This document shows, one piece after another, positions 18,774-28,230 of a stretch of 64,000 nt of DNA; positions within the stretch are counted from its first letter, which is position 1; each line of letters begins with the position of its first letter. The notes beneath the pieces were generated by a model. That model saw only the letters and a program-made list of their open reading frames with translations. It was not told where the DNA came from and made no database searches. The stretch is from assembly GCA_964624635.1 (NCBI GenBank), contig CAZUXM010000001.1, forward strand, positions 25,307 to 89,306, given 5' to 3'. Origin of the DNA: an uncultured Candidatus Competibacteraceae bacterium. Its GTDB lineage: Bacteria > Bacteroidota > Bacteroidia > CAIKAF01. A program made the translations under genes and the position numbers.

Positions 18774-19088
18774 ATGGCCGTTATAACCGTCAACGATTCT
18801 TCGTTTCAAAACGAAATAAATTCTCACCAAAATGTAATAGTAAAATACTTTGCTGATTGGTGTGGATCATGTAAACTATTTGCCCCCAAATTTAAACGTT
18901 TATCAAATGATGAACGTTTTACTCATATACACTTTATAGAAGTAAATGCTGAAGAAAGCCCTGAAGCTCGTAAAGCTGCCGGAGTTGACAACCTGCCTTT
19001 TTTTGCTAGTTTCAAAGATGGAATATTAGCTGAAGGTTCAGCAACCAGCAAGGAAGAAGTAGTAGTAGCAATGCTTGAAAAATTATAA
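18774..19088 (+). CDS. thioredoxin family protein with WCGSC active site
   Basis: 104 aa. FADWCGSCK CxxC motif at the usual position of the thioredoxin fold. Confidence 0.85.
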   Translation: MAVITVNDSSFQNEINSHQNVIVKYFADWCGSCKLFAPKFKRLSNDERFTHIHFIEVNAEESPEARKAAGVDNLPFFASFKDGILAEGSATSKEEVVVAMLEKL

Positions 19089-19099
19089 TCATAAGAAGA

Positions 19100-19339
19100 A
19101 TGAAAGTTGCCTCTATAAAACTCCTGATTGATAATTATACAATAGAACAATTACAACAAGCAGAAGAAACACTCTATAACGAAGCACCACTTCCTATAGA
19201 AGTAGAAGGAAAAGATGAAGGTGAAAAACTGACTCATATATTAGCTGCCATCGAAATTTTAAAAGACATGACCAACGGGAATGATTATAAAACAGCGTTA
19301 AGAAATTACTCGTCAAGAGTAAGAAATTCCATTAACTAA
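19100..19339 (+). CDS. small hypothetical protein (79 aa)
   Basis: ORF 11 nt downstream of the thioredoxin gene on the same strand. No recognisable motif. Confidence 0.45.
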   Translation: MKVASIKLLIDNYTIEQLQQAEETLYNEAPLPIEVEGKDEGEKLTHILAAIEILKDMTNGNDYKTALRNYSSRVRNSIN

Positions 19340-20386
19340 TTACTCTTCGCTATTATAATACAACTTATAATAATGCATTTTCTTTTTCTCGTCGTAACCT
19401 CTTTCTAAATTATTCGCATTTCCATGTACATATACATGAAAATTACGATCTAATTTAATTACACTACGGAAAAATTTCTGTGAGTTTTTTTCAACCGCAG
19501 GTTGAGATATCTGGAAACGTTCTAACTGAGGTAAATGTTTTTCCTCATCAAAACTTTCTTTATAGCTTACAAATGCATCCGCCATATCAGGCTCAATGAT
19601 TACTTCTTTAGCAAAGGCTTTAGCATCAAACACGTCAGTATTCATAAAATACTCATTCGATTTTTGTAAAAATGCCAACTGATCTTCTTTGGTAGCTTCA
19701 TTTTCAGGACTCAAATAATCTTTACTGAAACCTTGCATCATTTGCATATACTGGGTAGTCATAAAATACTCTGTATCTACCGGAACTAACCCAAGGAAAT
19801 CTGTTTTCCAATATAAAGCAGCATTAATGTTTGAATTGGAATCAATCATTACTGCTTTGTAACCCTCATTTTGGTATGTATCGTAAATGATACATCCTTT
19901 ATCCAGTTTAAAAAGATTAAGCCCTTGGTCTGTTTTCATTTCAGCTTCATCTGCCTTTCTGCGAATTTTAATGAAAGTATCTTTATGTTCTGACTTAAAA
20001 ATACCAATAGCATTTACCACTTCATCTTCAACAATACAATCACGAATGTAGGTTACAAAAAACTCCCCACCTTTTATTTTTTTATTGGTTCCACATTGGA
20101 ATAAAAATTGAGCCAACTCTTTTGACTTTGCATGAAAATTAGCCGGCTTTTCAAAAATTTCTTTTACGATTTTTGCGGTAGCTCCGTTTTCCGGATCCTG
20201 AAAACAAAAGAAGGCTTCTCCTTTAAAAGAAGAAAACAAATAGGTTTTTAAAGCCTCGTATAATGATTCATCGTTTAACTGAAACTGATTATCCGTAACA
20301 ATTAATTGTTCTCCTGCTGCCTTATTTCCTACAAAGTGAACAGATAATTTTTCTATGCTGGTTTGCTCAAAGCTAATAATACTCAT
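19340..20386 (-). CDS. nucleoid-associated protein, NdpA/YejK-like (tentative)
   Basis: 348 aa. The N-terminal L.VHFVGNKA..E.L pattern and overall size recall the Bacteroidota NdpA-like family. Assignment is from memory of the family only. Confidence 0.55.
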   Translation of the reverse strand: MSIISFEQTSIEKLSVHFVGNKAAGEQLIVTDNQFQLNDESLYEALKTYLFSSFKGEAFFCFQDPENGATAKIVKEIFEKPANFHAKSKELAQFLFQCGTNKKIKGGEFFVTYIRDCIVEDEVVNAIGIFKSEHKDTFIKIRRKADEAEMKTDQGLNLFKLDKGCIIYDTYQNEGYKAVMIDSNSNINAALYWKTDFLGLVPVDTEYFMTTQYMQMMQGFSKDYLSPENEATKEDQLAFLQKSNEYFMNTDVFDAKAFAKEVIIEPDMADAFVSYKESFDEEKHLPQLERFQISQPAVEKNSQKFFRSVIKLDRNFHVYVHGNANNLERGYDEKKKMHYYKLYYNSEE

Positions 20387-20568
20387 AACATCTAAATTTT
20401 TTAGGAAAGCGAAAGTAAATAATTCAAAGCTTCTGAAAGTGCAGTTATAAACAGGAAAATACGAATGTTAATATCTTTAGATTGCTCAATTTTTAAACGA
20501 AACTTCCTCATTTATTGGCACATTTATAAATATTGCTACTTTTAAGCCACCTAGTGAAGAATTTGCCT

Positions 20569-21972
20569 ATGAACAACAGATCCCTGCCTATATTGATTTC
20601 AGTATTTTTCTTTTGGGGATTTGTAGCTGCCAGTAATGATATTTTAATACCTGTTTTTAAAGAAAAGTTGAGTTTAAGTCAGGGACAATCTCAAATGATA
20701 TCCTTTGCCTTTTATGTAGCATATACAGTAGGATCTATTATTTATTATATCATTTCTAAAATTCTTAAGCAGGATATTCTCAATCGTATTGGATACAAAA
20801 ATGGGGTAGCTCTTGGCTTGGTTATTTCAGCATTAGGAACTTTATTGTTTTATCCGGCTGCTGAACAGGCATCATTTACATTGATGATTTCAGGATTATT
20901 TATTGTTGGGTTAGGATTTTCATTGCAACAAACTGCCGCCAACCCATTAGCCATTGTTATGGGTGATCCTAAAAAAGGGTCACAAAGATTAAGTTTGGCA
21001 GGTGGTGTAAACAATATAGGGTCAACCATTGCGCCACACCTGGTAGCTTTTGCCATTTTCGGCAGTTTAGGAGCTCATACTACATTAGAAAGTATTGATG
21101 GGGTGAAAATACCTTATTTGATATTAGGAGCTGCTTTTATAACACTAGCTTTCATTTTTAAGATTTCCAAATTACCCAATAAAATTCCGACAATTAATGA
21201 TGATAATTCGCAAAATGAAACTTCATCAAAAAAATCAGCCTTAGCATATCCTCAACTCATATTAGGGATGATAGCCATCTTTGTATATGTTGGAGTGGAA
21301 GTGGCAACCGCAGGAAATTTAGCTGAGTTCATGCGAATTAATCTTGGTGTAGAAACCCAAAGTGCAGTGCCTTATGTCTCGTTATTCTGGGCAAGTTTAA
21401 TGATTGGAAGATGGACTTCTTCAGCAAGTGTATTTAGTAGCTCAAGCACTGGTAAAAATATTTTAAAAATTCTGCTTCCATATTTAGCATTTGGGTTTTT
21501 CCTATTGGTAAGTTGGATCTTTTCTAACATTAACATTTCGCAATTTGTATTTTACTTCCCAGTAATACTCATTATGATTATTGGTGATTTTTTAAGTAAA
21601 GGAAATCCTGCACGACAGCTTCTATTGTATTCCATTTTAGGAATAACGGCATTAATGATTGGAATCCTAGCCAATGGATGGGTAAGTGTTTATGCGTTTG
21701 TAAGTGTAGGATTATTTTGTAGCACATTATGGCCATGTATATTTACATTGGCTATTAAAGGCCTTGGAAAACACACCAATGAAGGATCTGGATTTTTGAT
21801 TATGATGATTATGGGCGGAGGGTTTATTAGCATTTTACAAGGGTATTTGGCATCAGATTATTTATTAGGCATACAATGGAGTTATATAGTTGGGGTAGCA
21901 TGCTTTATTTATCTGGCATTTTACGCAATAGTAACCAAAGGAATTTTTAAAAAACAGAACATAGAGTTATAG
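20569..21972 (+). CDS. MFS sugar transporter, FucP/GluP (glucose/galactose) type
   Basis: 12-TM protein. FF.WGF.....D.L.P motif at the N-terminus is typical of the FucP/GluP family. I prefer the ATG at 20569 to the upstream TTG. Confidence 0.85.
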   Translation: MNNRSLPILISVFFFWGFVAASNDILIPVFKEKLSLSQGQSQMISFAFYVAYTVGSIIYYIISKILKQDILNRIGYKNGVALGLVISALGTLLFYPAAEQASFTLMISGLFIVGLGFSLQQTAANPLAIVMGDPKKGSQRLSLAGGVNNIGSTIAPHLVAFAIFGSLGAHTTLESIDGVKIPYLILGAAFITLAFIFKISKLPNKIPTINDDNSQNETSSKKSALAYPQLILGMIAIFVYVGVEVATAGNLAEFMRINLGVETQSAVPYVSLFWASLMIGRWTSSASVFSSSSTGKNILKILLPYLAFGFFLLVSWIFSNINISQFVFYFPVILIMIIGDFLSKGNPARQLLLYSILGITALMIGILANGWVSVYAFVSVGLFCSTLWPCIFTLAIKGLGKHTNEGSGFLIMMIMGGGFISILQGYLASDYLLGIQWSYIVGVACFIYLAFYAIVTKGIFKKQNIEL

Positions 21973-21978
21973 AGTAGC

Positions 21979-22890
21979 ATGAAATATTTTGCAGGCATTG
22001 ATATAGGAGGAACCAACACTACTTTAGGCATCATTAATGAAACCGGTAAAGTGATAGAAACCTATCAATTTTCTACCAGGGCGTATGAAAGTCCTGAAAA
22101 ATTTGTTGATGATATCGGGAATAAACTTTTAGAATTAAAACCTACTTATTCGTTAGAAGGAGTAGGTATTGGTGCACCTAACGGAAACTATTATACAGGT
22201 ACCGTTGAATTTGCACCAAATTTACCGTGGAAAGGTAAAATCGCCCTGTCAGTTTTATTTACTCAAAAAACCAATCTTATTTGCAAAGTAACCAATGATG
22301 CCAACGCAGCTGCAGTAGGTGAAATGAAATTCGGTGGGGCTGTAGGAATGAAAAACTTTATCATGGTTACCTTAGGAACCGGTGTAGGTAGCGGTATTGT
22401 AGTTGATGGAAATATTGTATTGGGTCATGATGGTTTTGCCGGTGAGTTAGGGCATATTACCATGCTCCCCGGAGGAAGACAATGTGGTTGTGGCAGAAAA
22501 GGTTGTTTGGAAACTTATTGTTCGGCAGGTGGAATTAAACAAACTTATGAAGAGGTTTCTAAAACCGAATTTCCACATGATAAAAAAATAGATTACCTGG
22601 CTGAATTAGCAGAAAAAGGAGATAAAAATGCTGTAGCAACTTTTGAGATAACCGGACAGATTTTAGGGATGGCGCTTGCCAACACTTCTGCTCTTACTTC
22701 ACCTGAAGCCATATTTTTATTCGGAGGACCTTTACACTGTGGAACTCATTTAACGGATCCGATTAAAAAACATTTTAATGATAATTTATTGGCAATCTTC
22801 GCAGGAAAAATTAAAATTCTAAATTCTCTTTTACCCACCAATCATGCTGCTATTTTAGGAGCCGCTTCATTGGTAAAAGAACCTCATTAG
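21979..22890 (+). CDS. ROK family sugar kinase (glucokinase-like)
   Basis: GIDIGGTN ATP motif, NDANAAAVGE, and zinc motif GH......C.CG..GC.E. Confidence 0.85.
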   Translation: MKYFAGIDIGGTNTTLGIINETGKVIETYQFSTRAYESPEKFVDDIGNKLLELKPTYSLEGVGIGAPNGNYYTGTVEFAPNLPWKGKIALSVLFTQKTNLICKVTNDANAAAVGEMKFGGAVGMKNFIMVTLGTGVGSGIVVDGNIVLGHDGFAGELGHITMLPGGRQCGCGRKGCLETYCSAGGIKQTYEEVSKTEFPHDKKIDYLAELAEKGDKNAVATFEITGQILGMALANTSALTSPEAIFLFGGPLHCGTHLTDPIKKHFNDNLLAIFAGKIKILNSLLPTNHAAILGAASLVKEPH

Positions 22891-23007
22891 GAAAAAATAA
22901 ATCTAAATTTTTTTAGTATCATCATACAGTCAAAGACTCAAGAAAATATTGTAAAATGATATTACGATTATTTCAAGTATATTTACAAGCTCCCTAAATA
23001 AATTCTC

Positions 23008-23991
23008 ATGAGCTCAAGAAGAAGCTTCATTAAAAAAATCGGACTTGGCACTGTTGCTGTTCCACTTGTTGGATGTATTGAAAAAACATCTCCGTTGGTT
23101 TTTGATGGCAACATCAATAAACCTATTATTCTTTCCACTTGGCCTTTTGGTCAAGTAGCTAATCAGGCAGGTTGGGATATTTTATCTAAAGGGGGAACTG
23201 CTCTCGATGCAGTTGAAGCTACTGCAAAATTTGTAGAAGCTGATCTTACTCAAAAATCTGTAGGTTTGGGGGCTCTACCTGATAGAGATGGTTTCGTTAC
23301 ATTGGATGCCTGCATCATGGATGAAAAAGGAAATTGCGGTTCGGTGATGTTTCTTGAAAATATTTTACATCCGGTTTCAGTGGCACGAATGGTAATGGAA
23401 AAAACTCCTCATGTTCAATTAGTAGGTTCCGGTGCACAACAATTTGCTTTCGACAATGGTTTTCCAAAACATCCAGCTCCTACAGAAAGTTCCAAAAAAG
23501 ATTGGGAAAACTGGTTAAAAAGCTCAGGTTATACTCCAAAGTCTGATATCAATAATCATGATACGATTGGTGTAATTGCCTTAGACCAAAATGGAAATGT
23601 GTCAGGGGCATGTACCACTAGTGGGCTGGCATATAAAATGAGAGGTCGCGTAGGTGATTCACCTATCATTGGGGCTGGTTTATTTGTTGATAATGAAATA
23701 GGGGCTGCCACCGCTACGGGTACAGGAGAAGAGGTTATTCGTATTTGTGGTACACACTTAGTAGTTGAACTAATGCGTCAAGGATACTCCCCTGAAAATG
23801 CTTGTAAAGAAGCAGTAGAAAGGATTATTAAACGGAGTCCTAGATATAATAAAGATATGATTGTTGGGTTTATTGCCATCAATAAAAAAGGCGAATACGG
23901 AGCATATGCTACCCGCAAAGGTTTTGAGTACGGAGTATATGATAATAAAGGAACCGTTTTAAAACCTGCATCGTTTATCGAGAAAGAATAA
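23008..23991 (+). CDS. glycosylasparaginase (N4-(beta-N-acetylglucosaminyl)-L-asparaginase), Ntn hydrolase with Tat-type signal
   Basis: SSRRSFIKK twin-arginine motif. HDTIGVIALD autoprocessing site. GRVGDSPIIGAG and GTGEE motifs of the asparaginase 2 family. Confidence 0.85.
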   Translation: MSSRRSFIKKIGLGTVAVPLVGCIEKTSPLVFDGNINKPIILSTWPFGQVANQAGWDILSKGGTALDAVEATAKFVEADLTQKSVGLGALPDRDGFVTLDACIMDEKGNCGSVMFLENILHPVSVARMVMEKTPHVQLVGSGAQQFAFDNGFPKHPAPTESSKKDWENWLKSSGYTPKSDINNHDTIGVIALDQNGNVSGACTTSGLAYKMRGRVGDSPIIGAGLFVDNEIGAATATGTGEEVIRICGTHLVVELMRQGYSPENACKEAVERIIKRSPRYNKDMIVGFIAINKKGEYGAYATRKGFEYGVYDNKGTVLKPASFIEKE

Positions 23992-23997
23992 TAATAT

Positions 23998-24327
23998 ATG
24001 ATTACCTGGCAGGATTTTGAAAAGTTAGACATCCGTATTGGAACCATTATTGACGTAAATGATTTTCCTGAAGCCAGAAATCCTGCATATCAATTAACAA
24101 TTGATTTTGGTGAATTAGGTGTAAAAAAATCTTCTGCGCAGATAACCGCATTATATACAAAAGAAGAACTATTGCATAAACAAATTATGGCAGTGATTAA
24201 TTTTCCACCAAAGCAAATTGGTAAATTCATGAGTGAATGTTTAGTTATGGGAATCTATGGTGATAATCAACAAGTAATTCTACTACATCCTGAAAGAAAA
24301 GTAAAAAATGGAAGTAAAGTGGGGTAA
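23998..24327 (+). CDS. tRNA-binding domain protein (CsaA/YgjH-like)
   Basis: 109 aa. F.K.D.R.G.I..V..FPEARNPAY.L.IDFG matches stand-alone tRNA-binding (EMAP-like OB fold) proteins. Confidence 0.8.
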   Translation: MITWQDFEKLDIRIGTIIDVNDFPEARNPAYQLTIDFGELGVKKSSAQITALYTKEELLHKQIMAVINFPPKQIGKFMSECLVMGIYGDNQQVILLHPERKVKNGSKVG

Positions 24328-24337
24328 ATATAAAAAT

Positions 24338-25732
24338 CTATTTTTTCACCACAACCGCTTCGCCTTCTTTGCCAAAATAACTTATCCAACAAACATTCAA
24401 CCAACTACTCGGATTATCAGTAACTTCATAATACGAAATAGTTTTGGGTACACTTTTTATAGGAATAAACTCAATAGTATCATTGGTAGAATTCATTAAA
24501 GTATATCTGTTTTTCATTTCAAAGTCAAAATTTTTTGCTCTACCTGTAATCAAGTCCATACTGCAATAAAAGCCATTTTTTACAAACAGAAAGCAGCCAA
24601 ATGTTAATACAAATAATAAAACAACTGTTCGCTGCTTAGGAATTTGAATACTGGAAATCCTTTTTCCCCAATGAGAGAACCAAACCGATAAATTGAGAAA
24701 CCAGATAAAAATAAAAAACCAATAGGCTACATTAAGAGTCCTATGTTGTCCTAGTATCCCCGTTGCCCAATAGGCAGGGAATACACAAATAAATATTGTT
24801 AGAGGTAATAATAGAAGTGAAATATACCTGTGTAAATAAAATTTCTTTTGAAACAATGGAACTTTTATAACCAGTTTTCGATGGATAAAAACCCATGCAA
24901 ACGACATGATCCATAATGGTGGAGATAAAACAAACATTACAAAAAACCTGCCTGTTTGTGCCAATGAAAAGCCCAACGAATACCAAAACTGATGGCTCTG
25001 TGAAAACTGATTTTCTCTTACAGCGTTTCCCGGAGCCATTAATACCAAAGATGACCCCAAAATAGTGATCATTACCAGGAGAATGGTATACCTATAATGT
25101 TTAAGCTTAAATATTTGCACGATCATAAAAACCGTCATGTTAAACCCCACCAGTAAAAACATCAATACTTCGTTAAAGCCCATACAAAAGATGAGCACCG
25201 GAGTAAGAATCAATACATGGAGGAGTTTACTTTTAAACACGCATTGATTATGATAAAAACGATACAATAAAGTGATATAATATGTAACAAAAATGCACCC
25301 CAATAAATAGGTTACAGCACCCGTATACCAATACAATCCTTCGGATATGATGGGCATATTGTACATAAATAAAAGCACAAGCAAAATGGAACTCAATTGA
25401 ATTTCTCTTTTTTCAAGCACCTTGTTTAATAAGCTTCGAAGTAAAAAATCTATTGATAACCACATCAGTAATATCAATATCCATGGAATGAATTTGTAGA
25501 GTGTAAATGAATCCCATTTGAGGGGTCCTGATAAAACGAAAAAATTAGAAGTATATCTTCCACTCCAGGTTAAATACTGTTCCAACCAGCCTGAAAACAA
25601 ATCTTGTTTTTGAGAGATGAATCCATATACAAAATCATCTGCATTAGGATTGTTGAAAAAACAAATAAGCAAATAAGGTATCAATGCCAGAGGCAATAAC
25701 AGAATGAATATTTTTTTTAATTGGTTACTCAT
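24338..25732 (-). CDS. polytopic membrane protein, possible GT-C-type glycosyltransferase
   Basis: About 12 hydrophobic segments. Acidic NADDF motif in the first predicted external loop, as in GT-C enzymes. The family name is not recognised with certainty. Confidence 0.7.
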   Translation of the reverse strand: MSNQLKKIFILLLPLALIPYLLICFFNNPNADDFVYGFISQKQDLFSGWLEQYLTWSGRYTSNFFVLSGPLKWDSFTLYKFIPWILILLMWLSIDFLLRSLLNKVLEKREIQLSSILLVLLFMYNMPIISEGLYWYTGAVTYLLGCIFVTYYITLLYRFYHNQCVFKSKLLHVLILTPVLIFCMGFNEVLMFLLVGFNMTVFMIVQIFKLKHYRYTILLVMITILGSSLVLMAPGNAVRENQFSQSHQFWYSLGFSLAQTGRFFVMFVLSPPLWIMSFAWVFIHRKLVIKVPLFQKKFYLHRYISLLLLPLTIFICVFPAYWATGILGQHRTLNVAYWFFIFIWFLNLSVWFSHWGKRISSIQIPKQRTVVLLFVLTFGCFLFVKNGFYCSMDLITGRAKNFDFEMKNRYTLMNSTNDTIEFIPIKSVPKTISYYEVTDNPSSWLNVCWISYFGKEGEAVVVKK

Positions 25733-26958
25733 TCACACAAAAAGTCTTTGTTGTATTTGATTAATTTACTACAGGTTACATCTCTGATAATAATTGAAGC
25801 ATCATACATTAGTTTTACATTAGAAGGATATTTATGAGGTATTCCGTTAACATATTTCCTGTCATCTATATTTTTACTCTCAATAAAATAAGCTTTTGAA
25901 CTAAATTTTCCGTAAACCATTTCAAAGCTGGTTTTTTTGTTGTTCAAATCATTACATGATTCATATCCAAGTCCAAATTTACCATCCCGGGCATAGAACC
26001 CAATTACATATGATTCGTTAGAAATTTTTTCAGGTAAATAATATCCAATAGATGCTCCCCCATTCCATGTGGAAGGATTTCCTATTTTACTGATATGGGC
26101 ATTATGTGCCCAAACAATTATCTTTCTGTTAGTGTATAAAGTGTCAGAAATAAACTGAAGGTTATCTGTCATTATCTTGTCACGGGGATGATAGCTGATA
26201 TAATAGTTGGGGTTTTTAAGGTCATTACTGGAAGACAGTACTTGTAAGTTTGCTTCTATGGCCTTTCTGAATATCGTTTTTTTAATTTTATCAAGAGTTT
26301 GTAAAGCATCTATCTCATTCCATATTTTTTTATATTGTTTTGAAACCTCTATAGCTACAGAATCTAAATATGCCTTTTTAGTATAATCGTTATTCAAATA
26401 AGCTTTACTTTTAATGCTCCAAAAATTATATAACATGACACTATCAAGTTCGGAAAGTTTTTTTGATAATGAATAATTATTTAATACAATATTTATTTGA
26501 TCCGAATTCAAATATAAAGCCCCATAGTTAGGGTCTACTCCTGCTATGTCTATTTGGTTTTGCCTGATATAATCCATCATTTCACAATTCCCTTTTACCC
26601 TCCAAATACCCATTAAACTGTGAACCAGCATTCTCATGCCTGTTAAAGAATCTTTTACTAGATTTGTTAATCCACAGGCTGCTATGCCACTTTCAAAAAC
26701 CACTACATCAAACCCGTGCTTTTGATGTAAATATTTGATCATTCTAAATTTTAGTTGATTAAATTCATTAATCCCATGTTGACTTTCGCCCAAAAAAATA
26801 ATTCTTTTATTTTTAATTAAAGGAGATATAAATTCAAGATCTGTGAAGTCATCAGAGGAAGTGGATAAAATTTCCGAACCGGAAAGAATTTGTTTTTGTG
26901 CAGATATTCTTCCTGATATTAACAAATAAGAAAAGAATATCAATAAAATATATCTCAA
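25729..26958 (-). CDS. erythromycin esterase (Ere/ChaN-like) family protein, secreted
   Basis: Signal peptide. IIFLGESQHG and VWAHNAHI motifs characteristic of the erythromycin esterase fold. Stop overlaps the start of the downstream membrane-protein gene by 4 nt. Confidence 0.65.
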   Translation of the reverse strand: MRYILLIFFSYLLISGRISAQKQILSGSEILSTSSDDFTDLEFISPLIKNKRIIFLGESQHGINEFNQLKFRMIKYLHQKHGFDVVVFESGIAACGLTNLVKDSLTGMRMLVHSLMGIWRVKGNCEMMDYIRQNQIDIAGVDPNYGALYLNSDQINIVLNNYSLSKKLSELDSVMLYNFWSIKSKAYLNNDYTKKAYLDSVAIEVSKQYKKIWNEIDALQTLDKIKKTIFRKAIEANLQVLSSSNDLKNPNYYISYHPRDKIMTDNLQFISDTLYTNRKIIVWAHNAHISKIGNPSTWNGGASIGYYLPEKISNESYVIGFYARDGKFGLGYESCNDLNNKKTSFEMVYGKFSSKAYFIESKNIDDRKYVNGIPHKYPSNVKLMYDASIIIRDVTCSKLIKYNKDFLCE

Positions 26959-27031
26959 AATCCAGAAGTAAACATGACTCTAAATTATAATATTTACTTA
27001 TAATTGAAAGTTTTTAGCAGAACAAATAAAA

Positions 27032-27415
27032 TCAATTGATTTTATTCCCTGTAAATCCAATAGTAGTTCCCGTAGTTACATACTGCCAGGTAAGGATGCC
27101 AAAATCGTTAGTGGTAGATCCCGTAAGTGTACCTATACCATCCACTTTATTTAAGCTATAACCACTCCCTGATTCTTTAAAAGTAATATTGGTTAAAGTT
27201 GTACTTGGTCCACTATTGAGTGAATAGCGTAGCTCTATTAAAGTGTCGCCGGTAGCAACAAGGTAGGTAGTAGCAGGTCCGCTGGTAGCTCCCATGGTGT
27301 AATTACCGTTATAGTTTTTAGAACCTAGTTTACCTCCGGGCGAGGATGGATTGGTATTACAACCTATTAATATCAACCCGGCTAAGATGGTTAGGGAATA
27401 AATGACTTTTTTCAT
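27032..27415 (-). CDS. hypothetical lipoprotein (127 aa)
   Basis: Lipobox LILIGC. Thr/Gly/Ser-rich beta-type sequence. Confidence 0.6.
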   Translation of the reverse strand: MKKVIYSLTILAGLILIGCNTNPSSPGGKLGSKNYNGNYTMGATSGPATTYLVATGDTLIELRYSLNSGPSTTLTNITFKESGSGYSLNKVDGIGTLTGSTTNDFGILTWQYVTTGTTIGFTGNKIN

Positions 27416-27523
27416 ATGAATGAATTATACTATAAAATTATTGTTTAGTTGTTATAAATCATCATACAATTTCTGTAATAACCTTTTTAGTTCATGAATG
27501 AAGATTGAAATCCGTTCAGTCGC

Positions 27524-28228
27524 CTATTCTATGACTTGATATTTGCTCCACTGATGTGGTGTCCCTAAAAGTTCAACCTGCAATTGGTAAAAATAAAAAC
27601 CCATTCCCCGACTGGGAACATTATCATAATATTTACAGATTTTTTTATCCCAGGCTATTGAAATGAAAGTATCCTTAAACTGTTGGTATATAGAGTCTGA
27701 ATAAATGTCTTTATTAAATTCTATTGTATTATAACAACGGATAATCTGGATAAGTTCTGTTTTAGTTAAGTATAATACTTCCGTTTTCATACTTTCAGTA
27801 GCATGTTCAATTTGTCGATCAAAAATATTTCGAGTAATGGTTACTACTGAATCCATATTGGGTTTGGGTAATACATCGTATCTTTTTTTACTATTATAAA
27901 ACCAGGAGTTTGCACTTAATTTATAATCATACATCAGATTCAGATCAATTAAAAAAGAATCGCCATCTAGTAAATAGTACTTATTTATAGTTCCATGCGA
28001 ATTTTCTCTATTGATTAAAATCTCGACTGTATCATTTTTGATGATATAATTTCCTGTAAGTTCAGTGTTTCCATAATGGCCTGATGATGTTCTTTTACAA
28101 GTGCCATCTTTATAGAATTCAAAACTCCACGTTGTTCTAGCCCACTGACCTGAAAAAGTTTTTTCGAATGTTTGAGAAAACAAAGATGTACCAACAAAAA
28201 AAAGTAGAATTAAAACAAATATTTTCAT
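27524..28228 (-). CDS. hypothetical secreted protein (234 aa)
   Basis: Signal peptide MKIFVLILLFFVGTSLFSQ. No known motif. Confidence 0.6.
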   Translation of the reverse strand: MKIFVLILLFFVGTSLFSQTFEKTFSGQWARTTWSFEFYKDGTCKRTSSGHYGNTELTGNYIIKNDTVEILINRENSHGTINKYYLLDGDSFLIDLNLMYDYKLSANSWFYNSKKRYDVLPKPNMDSVVTITRNIFDRQIEHATESMKTEVLYLTKTELIQIIRCYNTIEFNKDIYSDSIYQQFKDTFISIAWDKKICKYYDNVPSRGMGFYFYQLQVELLGTPHQWSKYQVIE

Positions 28229-28230
28229 TT

